Shown here piece after piece: positions 14,101 to 27,022 of a stretch of DNA of 64,000 nucleotides. Each line of letters opens with the position of its first letter. The stretch's first letter is position 1. The notes below the pieces were generated by a model, which searched no databases, had not been told where the DNA came from, and saw only the letters and a list, made by a program, of their open reading frames with translations. Both the position numbers and the translations under genes were made by a program. Source of the stretch: Owenia fusiformis (lineage: Eukaryota); the NCBI GenBank assembly GCA_903813345.2, contig CAIIXF020000001.1:27466001-27530000 (forward strand), written 5' to 3'.

Positions 14101-17076
14101 TGGGTACCAAATCCTACGTCCTTCAGCATCTCAAGTGGTAAAACTTGAAACTTGAATGAGAAAGCCACTTACGATTTGATATTGAGGGTGTCATACATCG
14201 TTGTATAAGGTATGTTATCCGTTGCAGCTTGCCAAGGATTTGCATTCGATATGACACCGACGGGATCATCTTTTGAGTAGAACACTCCCAAAACATTCAT
14301 TTGATTCACCCTGAGCTAAAATTTAGTATGGAAACATTTCAAAATATACCGTCGCATTAACAGTTTTAAAGTGGTACGAACTGCTTGATAAAAATAATTT
14401 CAAAAAACATAGTTTCATATTTTTGTAAACACTGATATCGATCTTACATAAGCCTCTTGCGGTATCGAAACTGTGACAAGTCCTCCTTGATCTCCTTGTG
14501 AAGCGTCCCATGGTAAGGCAGTTTTGTGCTTAAGAGTATATTCGTATTTTTCTGGACCGCTAAATTCCCAAATGCCAACGTATGCAGTACCCTTTGAGCC
14601 AGGATGGCGGTAGTATTCATATCCAGTAACCACACCATCACACGGAAAGATATCTCCTACCTTAAAAGCAGTGAAATAGGGATGACGTCAACATTTTTAC
14701 CATCGCATATATATTTTCTCCCATAAGATACACATGTACAATATCCAGTTGAATTGACTTACGATTCCAATCATATGGTGGAATTATTTCAGATTCAAGG
14801 TGTAAAATATTTAAATTATATGGATATTCACATAATGAACACAAAAATGTATAAATCATAAATTTTCCCGGGATAGAGATTATATACTATAAGGAAGATG
14901 AGTCAAAACCATTTTAATTAGAGCTGATTCTGCATTCCCTTATGGGGGGGGGGGGGTATGATAAGGTAATTCATCTGATCATGAAAGGAGTTTTTCTTTT
15001 TGTCATGGATAAGGGCCTCGGGGTTTACTAAGAGCATTTTCTGAAAAGATATTAAGCACTTATCTAGGGTGAGAGAGAAGAGAGACCGAAGTGTCATTAA
15101 GCTTGTTATTTACATCAGTTTACTTAAAAAAAGAATCTAAACAGGTAACGAGGAAAAGGCACCTGTAGGTTTCCCCAGTTATCCCCGCTTTGTGGTAACT
15201 CCTTCATAAGCGCGTTTACAGGGACAGTATCAAGGGCTTGACATTTTGCATTGTCAAATATAGGACCTTGACTTGCAGTTGCATCATCTAAAAGTCAAAA
15301 TTAAAATTGTGAACAGTCCATTATTATATAAGATGCTTAAAAATATATTTATATATATATAAAAGATATCTAGATGTTTTGTTTATCATTTTGTACAATA
15401 CCTCCTTCAAATTCAGCTTGAATTGCATATGTTCTCTTCACGTAATTCATCTGATTATTTGGGGCAAAGTTAAACTCCGCACCAACTGTAAATTGGTCGT
15501 CAAAGTACTACAATCAAGAAAAGTAATTATATAATAATACTAAGAATACTTATATAAATACAGACTTTTTCTGAGAATTTACATCTGAAAAAAAATCAGT
15601 TCTCTAACGATATCGGAATATACATGTATATTTTATGATAGACGTATCACACAGGTTAATGTAAAATCAGTTTGATGTTTAACATTTTTACACTTCACCA
15701 TTTAGGCATTTTCAAAATGATTCCAATGGCCATGTTGCTTGTTAATTTCCGGTATAAAGATCTTACCCCTCCGTTAAACGTAAAGAAATAATCTTCTAAT
15801 AATAGTTCAGGATTTTCTCCCTTATACAAATTAGCATTTGCCACTCCACATTTAGAAGCACTCCTCGAGAAATGGATTCCTATAAAGTCTCCCTTCTGTA
15901 CGGGCGCCTGAAGTAGAACAAACACATGCATATACACATGATAACTAACTACTGAAACATGTAATCTGGCTCAAACACTTATCTCATACCTCGTACACTG
16001 TAGCTACCGCATGTTTTCCAGAGTTGCAAGTGTAACATCGACGACATCATGTTTATAAGAAATACCTGCCATAAAACCTCTCCATAAGTTTGCCAACCGA
16101 AAGTCAATGCTGTGTTCTAAGAACTGCCCTAGTTTTGTATATTTTTTAGAATAACAATTAAGTAGAAACTTGATGACTATGATGTATTTGGAGTGGGTGT
16201 GTAAATACCTCAGGACTGACGGGAACTGTATGCTTTCCAACGGTAGTTGCTGGCAATTCTGTTTTAAAGATAAGCTTAAATACGCCATTTTGTACGATTC
16301 TCCATACAGACACAAATGCTGCATCTTTAGGGTCGTTCCTAAATAAGAAATCACAGTAATTAAACATACATCAGAAAATCATATTATAGGGCCAATATGA
16401 AAACAGCTATTGTTCTGTAATTAAAACAACGATCATTTAATATCTAAACGTATCTAGTCATTTCTTTAAGGCGAGTCTAGTGGAGCGACATGAACATCCG
16501 TTTCTCCAATGCATCCTTCACATTAGCCACTCATTCTACTCTACCTTTAACATATCATAGCACATGTTTAAGTATTAGTATTATGAGAGGTGTTCTCATT
16601 TCATGAATACCTATAATATGTCCATGATTTCACGACACCATTACACGGGAAAACATTATCAGTCATAAGGTTTGCCCAATTTCCACCAGTGTCAGGCAAC
16701 GACTTCACCTCTCCCCCACCATTCTTGGGAAAACCTACTACGCTAGGGCATGTCCCTGTAGCTTGCCCTGGAAAGACAATTACGCCAATCTTGCTTATTA
16801 TATCATGGTCAGAAACAAAAGATGGTTACAGTCGGTTCAATGAGAAAGAATTTAAGCCTGAAAGTAGGAATGTCTTTACAAATGGATGAGACCCAAGTCT
16901 TGCTTGATTACGACAAATAAAAGTGTAATGGACATTTAAATAAAAAAATTGTTCCATTTATTGTTCACTCATTTTGGGGCTGGGTATATAATAGCCGCAA
17001 ATATTGAATATACAAAAAGTTATTTACCTTTAACCACTGCACACGCAGCTACCATAGTGACCAAACGCATCAACAT
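11193..17076 (-). CDS. Secreted protein: signal peptide + two tandem copies of an uncharacterised ~170-aa domain + C-terminal von Willebrand factor A domain (~602 aa)
   Basis: Coding exons (-): 17076-17028, 16767-16611, 16338-16209, 15907-15767, 15507-15402, 15287-15163, 14660-14448, 14315-14173, 13941-13841, 12213-12184, 11806-11193. All introns are GT-AG with consistent phases; 1809 nt, no internal stop. N-terminus MLMRLVTMVAACAVVKG. VWA has an intact MIDAS (DVVFAVDNSYS...TRTDKAL...IITDG). Confidence 0.88.
13130..13625 (+). mobile_element. Decayed non-LTR retrotransposon (L1/Tx1-like ORF2 C-terminal region) in an intron of the VWA gene
   Basis: ORF 13356-13625 contains ILHWKSLHNIFPCNSILLKLK, matching the W-K-x-x-H-N-I-x-P-x-N pattern that precedes the zinc knuckle of L1/Tx1 ORF2. 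The upstream part is interrupted by stops. Confidence 0.55.
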
Positions 17077-17713
17077 GACTCTAAAATGGCGAGTGAAGCT
17101 TAAAACATTCACCTGAAAATTCTACCTAAAACATCCTGGCTAGTAATTTCATTCAGCCATTCGAGTTTGATTTGGTTCCTTTTACGTTGAAAATAAAATG
17201 GTAGCAAAAACAAGGTTTCTATTGTCCAAAAACACACGGTTGCTCTAACCTACCTGCTAAAAACCTGAAATAAAATCAATTGAACTCCTGTGTGTTTTTG
17301 AGTCGGTTCAATCGCCCATAAAGTGGCAGTAATTTCATTAACATTATTTCAGTAAGGAACTATAATCTAAATCAATTAATCCATGCTATTAATAAAGCAT
17401 CGGAGAATTGTTTTCGGACATCGATCTCATTCAATGAAATATCAATTAAAGTATACTAAAACAATCAAAACAGCCACAGAGTAATTAAAACCTTATACCT
17501 ATAGTACATGTATACTTATTCTCATAGGACGATCCCAATGAGTTTGATTTGGTTTCTATATATAAACCTTGACACTGAATCTTGTGTGTGACAATCGATT
17601 CGAAAAATGCATTGATCTAGGCTCGAATATTAATTTACATTTTTCAAAATGCTTTTATATTGTCCCTGCGTTCGATCATGTTTTGGGATACTGAGGAATG
17701 GGAATTTGTTTCC

Positions 17714-18164
17714 AGATTACCGATTGTATTCTTAATTGTTATCTTGATGTGTCTAGATTACCGATTGTATTCTTAATTGTTGTCTCTTAGTGTCAAGATT
17801 ACCGATTGTATTCTTAATTGTTATCTCGAAGTGTCTAGATTACCGATTGTATTCTTAAGTGTTGTCTCTTAGTGTCCAGATTACCGATTGTATTCTTAAT
17901 TGTTGTCTCTTGGTGTCAAGATTACCGATTGTATTCTTAATTGTTGTCTCTTAGTGTCAAGATTACCGATTGAATTCTTAATTGTTATCTCGAAGTGTCT
18001 AGATTACCGATTGTATTCTTAATTGTTATCTCGATTTGTCTAGATTACCGATTGTATTCTTAAGTGTTGTCTCTTAGTGTCCAGATTACCGATTGTATTC
18101 TTAATTGTTGTCTCTTAGTGTCAAGATTACCGATTGTATTCTTAATTGTTGTCTCTAAGTGTAT
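17714..18164. repeat. 41-bp minisatellite, ~11 units (agattaccgattgtattcttaattgttgtctcttagtgtca), in the 5' UTR intron of the VWA gene
   Basis: Contiguous head-to-tail units with two variant types and no unique spacers. Confidence 0.95.
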
Positions 18165-18524
18165 TTTAAAGTGTATTTTGTTAAATGAAACTTGTCATTA
18201 TGCATGTATTGATATTTTGATATTTTGAATAAGATGACATGACGGTAGTAATGTCATTAAGGATAAAAAAATGAATTATCCAATGATAAAATAAAGTATC
18301 AAATGAACAGTTCTAAAATATATTTTTTCCAAAATGCTACCTTCGTGAAATAATGTCAGTGGAGTATTTGCCAATTCGAAAATTTAATTAATATGCAATT
18401 GGCCTATATCAGAGAAAACAAAATTAGTTAAAATACCGATTTCATATCAGATCAACCCTGTCTAAAAACAAGAATATAATGAACAAACTTAGGAATGAAT
18501 AATACTATTAAAGTCCTTGCTTAC

Positions 18525-18605
18525 CTTATGAGATGCCAGCTACCTACAAGTGTTGATGTCACCGCAATATAGGGAGATGTCCTAACTAGATAGTCTTATA
18601 TACTA
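18525..18605 (-). promoter_or_regulatory. Putative TATA box (TATATAAG, ~18596-18603) and non-coding first exon (~18570-18525) of the VWA gene
   Basis: Strong donor AAG|GTAAGC at 18525/18524 on the - strand, with TATATAAG ~75 nt upstream of it. Acceptor ttttag|AGTCATG at 17080. Confidence 0.55.
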
Positions 18606-18913
18606 GTCGCTCAAACAATGTGTCATCAATCATTAATCCTAGATAAAAGCAACGGATTATTATTTTTTAGTACAATTGACTAATTAAAAAGTCAAGATTG
18701 CATGAAATTATTCCCGATAAGAAGGGCAAAAGTTGTTTGTGAACGGGTTGTTGGCACAATCAGTATGGATGGTTAGATCTGCTTAGCATCTCAGTCGTAT
18801 CACCGATCATCTATCTTTCAATGTAATTTTCAAAGTAATTATAAACAATAATTATAAAGTATCGTTTTTATTCCAAGACTGGTAGAGAGGATGGAGAGGA
18901 GTACGTATGGTAA

Positions 18914-19080
18914 CACCCCGGTCACATTTCCTACGGCGACCTTGCGGTCTATCATTTCTGCGGCCAGTAACATTTCTACGTTCGCCGTGGAATTTCCGCG
19001 CTCTCATACTTTTGCAGTCACATTTCCCACGGCAGCCGCACGGTGAATTTTAAATTTCCGTAGGAAATGTGACTGGGGTG
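18914..19080. mobile_element. PIF/Harbinger-like MITE (167 bp)
   Basis: TIR caccccggtcacatttcctacgg / ccgtaggaaatgtgactggggtg, flanked on both sides by TAA (3-bp TWA TSD typical of PIF/Harbinger). Confidence 0.85.
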
Positions 19081-20970
19081 TAAGTCAAACGAATGCAAAG
19101 AGTATGTATGTTTTGAATAACTTGTCGAATTTGATCTCGATGATGCATTTGCACCATAATGCTTCAAAATGGTAGTCATTGTAATACTACACTGATCCTA
19201 AATCATTAGAAATATTGTGATAATTTTGGATAATGCATCCAAGGGAAATGCAAGACAATCCAAATTCTTTAAAACCATGGTTTAATCGTATGACAACCAA
19301 CATGTTCATGTTTAATCACAATATGTTCATTGAAAGGGTCATTTAATAGTATGCCATTCAAATTTCAGACAGATTTTCATGAAATCAAGTGACTATTGCA
19401 AGCTTTTAGCATAGAACTCTATTGAAGGTTGGCCCAAGATGAACAAAGGTGACATCTATTATGTCAGCTTTATTCAGCTTTATTTAGCTATTTAGAAACT
19501 ATACTATTCAACAGTTTGCAACATGGAGAATGTTATGCCACTCGATCTTAACTCCAAAGGACAAAATGATCCAATAGTTTTGACCGGATGGTTAACTTGA
19601 AATTTCTGCACAGTCAAAAGATGCCACGATGAGTTTGTGATTCAGCTAATCTCAAATTCTAAGATTTTTGAGATATTTCTTCTCAGCTCACTTGTTTCTA
19701 AATAACAGTGGTAGACATAATACTGGGGCATTGGTATAAGAGCAATACGCACGTACCATTGTCACTCCTCCTGTCAAGCGATGATCAAAGAAGTTTCAAA
19801 GCATGTTACAATGGAAAGAAAAAGATATGCTATGTATATTTACAAACAATATGGAAGCCTAATCTACAACTTCTATGAGCACATATCATTTGACATTATT
19901 GACATTATTATGTTATTTTTATTATGGTGTCATGTATAATTATTAAAATGTTAATCTCATGTTCAATTATACAACGCCTCTTTTTATTTTACTTCAAAGA
20001 TATGCCTGTGTTTCAAGTTTAATGTCCATGAAATTTGTCGTTGGAGCAATTTTAATATCTTAATTGGTTTAGTGACATGTCATTTAGATGATTAGACATC
20101 GTGTTTTTATAAACTTTTTTATGCATTGCACTTATTGCATTGTCCAAGCATATATGGTCAGTATAGATTTTTATTCTCTAAGAGACGTATATCGAGTTAG
20201 TAATGAGGTCAACATCGAAGTGGTTTGGTTTGACTACACTGTTAAGTTGACAGAATCGTCGATTTAATACAACTACTTTTGTTACCGAAACGGAAATTCA
20301 AAAACGAAGAACTGCGCTTCTAACCCGTTCCGTTTCGGTAACACGTATTAAATCGACGATTCTGTTGTCTTCTGAACCACTTGTTCGCAAAGATATACAT
20401 TTTCTTAAATATATGATAATGACATACGTTTTGTGAAAAAAATGTCGTGGATATTCTGCCTTCAACGCGTGAAATGGGGAAAAAAGAAAAAAATCCTTTA
20501 AGGGTCCGACATTTTATTCATTCATTTCGAGTGGTGGGATTAACTCCAGAGTTCAAAGATGACGTACACTTAAAATGTAAACCTGTATTGAGACCTACGT
20601 CTCTGATTGGTCAAAATCGACAAACAAATATGGCGGCCTCGAAATTTTCGAAAGACGCTTCGAATAATATGATGTTAATTTCTGGCGTGTTAACCAATAT
20701 CATAGCTTTTTATTTCATATATCAAGTTTAAGAAAGATGTACGGAATATGACTACATTAATCAAAATATCATATCGAAGCGTTGTTTTTGGAAACCAGCC
20801 GGTGAAAATTCAAACAAACGAAGGTGGTAAGCCATAAATCATGTCTGTTATCTCTAAGCTTTGGGGCTTTCCCTCCTCTTAGCGTTATTGATGTATTATC
20901 TCCATATCGTTCATGCCATCTATTTTGTAGCTATGGTTATATCTCAGGATTTAGAATCTGATAAATATAA

Positions 20971-21684
20971 CACCCTATACAGACTGTGCTATACGAAAAC
21001 AAGCGGTGTGGATATCATGTGCGCAAGGTGCGGATATTAACGGTCAATTTTGAATTTGTGATATTTCATAAACTAAGGCATGTTGGGTTCTCAATTATAG
21101 TAATCCATTTGTAGAGGATAATTAATAAAAGGGAAATTTTGTGTATAGTTGTATTCTTCATTTTTTAACGACGCACTAAGCATTCATCCTTGCTCCATAG
21201 CATTTGAATTTGAGATTGTTGCTTTATTACACAGTTTACAGCCTTAATTCAGTACAGGTGATCGAGAAGGCCAATCGATATAAATTATTTTTGCATTTTT
21301 TCTGTATCGGATATGTGCTACCTCTAAACAAGCGGTGCGGATATCGTCACTTTTCAAAATGTAAATATAACTTGTATTGATAGGTCATCTCGATCATCAA
21401 TATCAATGAATGAATTCTGTTTACGCTGTGAAACAGCTGCAATTCAAATTATTAGAAAGTATTATTGCTTGATGTGTCGCCATAGAATGAAATACACACC
21501 TATTTACAGAATTTCCTTTTTATTAGGGCACCTGCACACCTGTACGAATATAGTTGAGTACACAACATGCCTTATGTTGGTGAAATATCACGAAATCAAA
21601 TTAGAAAATTACCGTTAATATCCGCACTTTGCGTACAAGATATCCGCACCGCTTGTTTTGGTATAGCATAGTCTGTATAGCGTG
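20971..21684. mobile_element. PIF/Harbinger-like MITE (~714 bp) with ~130-bp imperfect TIRs
   Basis: Begins caccctatacagactgtgctatacgaaaacaagcggtgtggatatc and ends gatatccgcaccgcttgttttggtatagcatagtctgtatagcgtg. TAA on both flanks. Confidence 0.85.
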
Positions 21685-24600
21685 TAAAGCATCCACAACG
21701 CTCTGCAAATCAGTCGCAATAAAATAAAATTATGAGAAATAAACATCAATAATCGACTGTATTATTGGGATGAATGTGTCGACTTGGCATTTGTGACTGT
21801 TCTTTATGGCATCATCGAAGTAGTTTTAACTTTGAAGTTGGAACCTGTATTCTGGTTATCCCAATATATCAATGAATCCAGACATTTATAGTGTATCATT
21901 TTGCATAATTATACGTACAATTATTCAAAAGCCCCAAGCCGGCCGACAATGGCTTATGAGACACTGTCCATCTCAGAAATATTGCTAATAAAATTATTGA
22001 TTTTGAATGAAAAAATATTAAAGAACCACAATCAGTCAATTACTAGTACGTCGAATAATCCACTCATGCGAAGTGTCATGTCGGTACGGTGGCCTCTATA
22101 TGTGAATGAATCCAAACATATCTATAGTGTACTTAGCATGTATAATTACGATTTGGTAGTTTGGGGCACGCCATGCACACTGTAATAACACACCTCGATT
22201 CATTCTTGGTGTCAGTTCTCATTTGGTAAAAAAAAACATTGCTTGGGAAGCTTGGCAGGACGAGTTGATTTTTGTCAAGATGGTAATTAAAAATGACTTT
22301 AGCGACGTCTTCTGTAATCTAAGGGAGCATTATAAGATCATGAGGTAATGTAGCACATAAAACACATTTCAAAATTGCATTGAATTTGGTAATGCTAGCA
22401 TATTGGACACATGTAATCAGCTTCTGTTCCATTCTGTTGGATACGGACAGTCTAACGCAATCCTGACATGGAAGTAGGCCTTTAGAAGGACACTGGCAAT
22501 AGTCTATGACACGGATACCTAAAATCGAGTCAAAATGTTCGGACGTCAAAGGCTAGCCTTATCAACATACTATTGGGTATCCGTATACTAAACTATGAAG
22601 AAAACTGGCAAAAACAAAAGACTCAGATTTGTAACTGGAGTCTAATAATCAACTATACTATGTACTGTGGGAATCGATCCTCAACATCGATACGCAATGA
22701 AATATACAAGATATATAGACCAACTCCCAAATCAAAAAGTCAAAAACCCGTCAGTTCGAAAGAATTTCGGCCAATAGTGTTAGCAATTTTCTTTTTTTTT
22801 GTTTTATTACGACGCTTGCAAGTCAAACATGGTTGACCGAAGTCTTGCATGAATTGCGACGACATTGACCGTCTCCCCAGGGCATGCTGGGCTTATATTA
22901 AATCGAAACCATCATCCGAAGCACACAAAGTCATTAAAAACAGATGTGACGTTCATTTGTCTTTGTCCTGTGGAAGCTATCGTGATGCAGCAGATTCAAA
23001 TGAACAGAGACTATTAAAGGGTTCCGATTAGCATCCCGTATAAAAACAATATGGCGGCTCTAGGCGAATCAACTGGATCAGTCCATTTTTAAGAAATAAG
23101 GGGAGTTCTGTAAAATCCAGTTTATTGAAATTGTCTTTGAGATAAAGTAATCCGTTTATAATGATTTTGAAAACGTTATCCAAAGAGTGATTGCGTTCAA
23201 AGAATACATGTACAACAGCCAATATAAATCCTTGCATTAGAAACCGGTTTGTCTTGCTTTGTTTCATTTGTAGGATATTTCATATGCCAAGCTGTGTGCT
23301 ATTACGTTATGGGGAAATTTAGATGCCAATTTTTCCTTATTATACACAAATAGATGATCCTGAAACTTCGCCCATAAATGTGGAATTGATTTGTCAAAAT
23401 AAAAATCACCCTTTTATAAATGTGTGACGATCTATAATATACTTATGCTATATAACAGTTAGAGGTGTTGACACAACGATCTCAAACCTGTGAACCCTTG
23501 AGTATTATTCCGGGATCGGGCCTTTTATACTAAACGGTGAGCAACACCAGAAACGAGCGTTCGATTTGCTAAACGATATGCGTCACCCTTTAAATCAAAA
23601 GAAATGACACGATATACCAACTAAGAGAGCGTCTTAAGGGGAAACAGATAAAATAGATGCACCGATTGGGTCATCAATTAAAAGGTTTTAGTCACAGGGG
23701 ACCTTAAGTGATTTCTCCAAGTCCCCAATGTGATTTAAAAACTGATATCAGTTCCCCGGGAAGGAGTTCAAACCCCGCAACAATGTCATACTGATCCTCA
23801 AGATTATCGTATGGTTTATAGGAGGTACTCGAGACTCGAGCAACAAGCGCTTCATCATTCAAAGTACCTTTTAGATTTGTTTGTATTCAGATCTTAAAGG
23901 TGACCTCTAGTTTGCAACTATACTGACTCTGCATTCGGGTACATAGCCCTATATGGTGCCTTCAAAGATACAATTACATAAGCGCAAATGCCAAAGGGAA
24001 GGGTGACTAAAAACTTCAAAGAAACCCAACAAGAAAAGCAAACTGTAAGTGTAAGAAAAGTAGACCCTATATATCCCAAAACCATGATCTAACGTGAAAA
24101 GAAACAATGTCTAACATCCCAAAATAGAGTTTCATACATCCATCGATTTGAATGGCATACTGAGTTCTAACTTTAATCTTCATCACATATTTGCAGCTGT
24201 TGGCAGAGAGAAAAGTGATTGTTTCACAAACTACAAAGAAAAGTTATGATTAACTCTTGAACTAAGTATATAAAAATCGGTTTGCACCCTTCGAGAGGCA
24301 ATCAGGTCTCAAATGCTGTCGTAACTCAAATCATGCACTATATACTTCTCTGCTTGAAACGAAGATGGCATTATCTATGAATTATTTCTGTATTTTCATG
24401 TATTTTAATCTTATATCAAAATCTGAACACACTATTTTTACGTTTCATTCATAGAATTTACTTCATTAAAATTGAGTTTTCAAAGTTTGATTATATTGTT
24501 AAAACTTCCCATTTTCCAATGTACGTATTCAAATACGGCAAATGAAACTTTTGATTCGATTGGCTACGAATTAAATGGAATCGCATAAGCCACAATATCG

Positions 24601-26751
24601 ATTACCCGATCCCCATTCTTGAAAATGCTAATCCCCTCTATAGTACAAGACTTGAGCTGGTATCATTTCTTTGATGAATTAAGGACTAAAAGATAATGTC
24701 TTTCCGCATGCCATTCTCTCTTTTTCTACTTTACACAGCGAACTGTAGGCAACTAGATCTCTCAGCCAAACAGACCGAAATACGTCAAAAGGGAAATGAT
24801 CATAATATTTTTTGCAGAAACCTAGCTAGCCTGAATAATATTTTCATTAACAAAAATAATGACATAGCTTTACATAGGTCACCTTAATAGAATGATATGT
24901 CCCGTTTGATGAGCAACTAAAAGCCTACGTGAAGTGCCAGGGGCCATAATCTAATTACGCCAATTTATTTTAACCGTTCAACAATTCCTTGTTTAATTCA
25001 TAGTGGACCCGTTTACTCATGACATTTGGTATTGTAATCACATAGTATTCAACACGATATTGTAGTAATAACCAAATTAACGATGACAATACTGGCATAA
25101 TGATATTCAATAAAACATACACAAGGCGATGCAATTGAATCATAGTGACATCCACATTCAATCATCGAAAATCAAAGAATTCGAAGTTAGAACGAGTTTA
25201 GTGATCGCTCTATTGACACAACAACAAATCCAAGTTGTACTCAATGTGTTTACATATGAAATTGTTTGAACAATTCTTTGGAACAAACTGCGGACATTAG
25301 AAAATCGAGTATTGTTGACATTCATATGATTGTACCGTGAATAACAGTTTAAATGTAATGGGAAATTAGTAGTAGAGGAATCCTGTACCATACTTTACAA
25401 CGACAAAATACATCAACGTTTTGGAAAAAGACTTGTTGAAAGAATTTGTTCCCGAAATTGGAAGAACGCGGCATGTCCGTGGAACTAAAGGGAAAAGAAA
25501 TTCAGATTATTGCAACCAAAATGGATAAGTGTTAATTTTAGCTGGAATAAATTACTGATTCCAGTTGGTGTCACAATCAAAACCAAAGAACATAAATCAT
25601 TATTCGAAAGGTATTTGGGATTACATCTCTTATACTGTACACTGAAGAGACTACCAATGGGCAGTATAAACTATAACAGCCAGCTACAACAAACGATGCA
25701 GTTCACTCAATCAAAAGCCTGCTTGGATGTAAAATAGCAGGACACTGTATTCAGTTTTGAACAAAATACTCAATCGGAGGGGCGCCAGCCGATAAATCGG
25801 AGCATATGTGACTGACATTACCTCCAAATATACAGAAAATAGTATATTCTAAAATCGTTACTCTCAAACGAATATAAATAACAGGTATATATATACAAAG
25901 GGAAAGATCGCAATGCAAGTAAGTACATATATACAGAAAATCAGACATTCATGTATCGTTCATCGCATAAATTGAAAATATAATATTCTCACATTTATTG
26001 ATAACTGGTGTTGTTTGATAGTTTCGCCAGAGGCTAATCACAGAGTGGCTGAAATGTGAAATTACAATTATGTCAATGCTATCTATCAAATTTTATTTAT
26101 GACCACTGCACTTTCTAGAGTAGGTATACACTGATTTAACAGTCACAGGTAGGGATCAAATTCGCCCCTTCCCGTTCATACCGCCGTTTTCCGTAGAGGT
26201 TACCGCGCCTTCGAGTAGAAATACCGCCCCTTCGAGTAGAAATCACGGACAGGTAGGTCATAGAACTGCATCTAAATCGTAATTCACAATAATTATCCGA
26301 TCTGTTTATGGTCTAATAAGTTGAATCACATATTTATCTACCATTTTCACCCATGTCCCACGCCAGCTTACCTCAAGTTTCTTCATAAACGGGCGCACAG
26401 TCGGGAATTATCATTCGAAAATCTCTCGTGGCCAGTTGTTTTGGTAAAACTCATGTTTGTATTAGTTCCCCCAGCTACCACATATAATTGGAATTGTGCC
26501 ATGAATGTTAAAGATAATATCCTTTTGTTCGTTCATATAATATTCCATCCCATTTGACGATCAACACAATTTGACACGAAGCTCCACTGTTTCTTTGTAA
26601 CAGTTCCACACCTTATTAGTAGGTGTACTGTACGTACATTGAATATTGATTCCAGTTCATCTGCTGGCATATGTTAAACGAAGTGTGCAAACTGCAATCA
26701 ATGGTGTGGAATAGCACTATATTGGGAAGGAATTCTCTATTTTGTACACAT

Positions 26752-27022
26752 ACGATGTTAGTTTCTCGCGACGATGTTAGTTTCTCGCGACGATGTTAGT
26801 TTCTCGCGAATAGGCCCATGGGCGTTTATTTGAAAGTGTGGTGTATGAAAAGGTTTTTCCCTCTTTAAAAAGGTAACTGGTCAACTCAACCCCAAGTCAA
26901 CTCAACCCAAGTCAAGTCAACCCTTAGTCAACTCGACCCCAAGTCAAGTCAACCCTTAGTCAACTCGACCCCAAGTCCATCTCAACCCTTGGTCAACTCA
27001 ACCCTTAGTCAACTCGACCCCA
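26752..27022. repeat. Two short tandem arrays: (acgatgttagtttctcgcg)x3 at 26752-26808 and ~9 x 15-16-bp gtcaactcgacccc(aa/tta) units at ~26878-27022
   Basis: Read directly. Confidence 0.85.

Noticed and set aside
17714-18164. CRISPR-like array
   Set aside because: Units are contiguous with no unique spacers, there are no cas genes and the context is a eukaryotic intron; it is a minisatellite.
19100-19860. Possible decayed LINE coding fragment (WRMLCHSILT...)
   Set aside because: Too many stops and too short a motif to support without a database search.
23690-23800. SINE with B-box-like ggtttgaactcc on the - strand
   Set aside because: No matching A box or clear boundaries; support too weak.
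24970-25740. Coding-looking stretch or missing GT92 first exon
   Set aside because: Frames are interrupted, no recognisable domain, and I found no ATG followed by a phase-0 GT donor.
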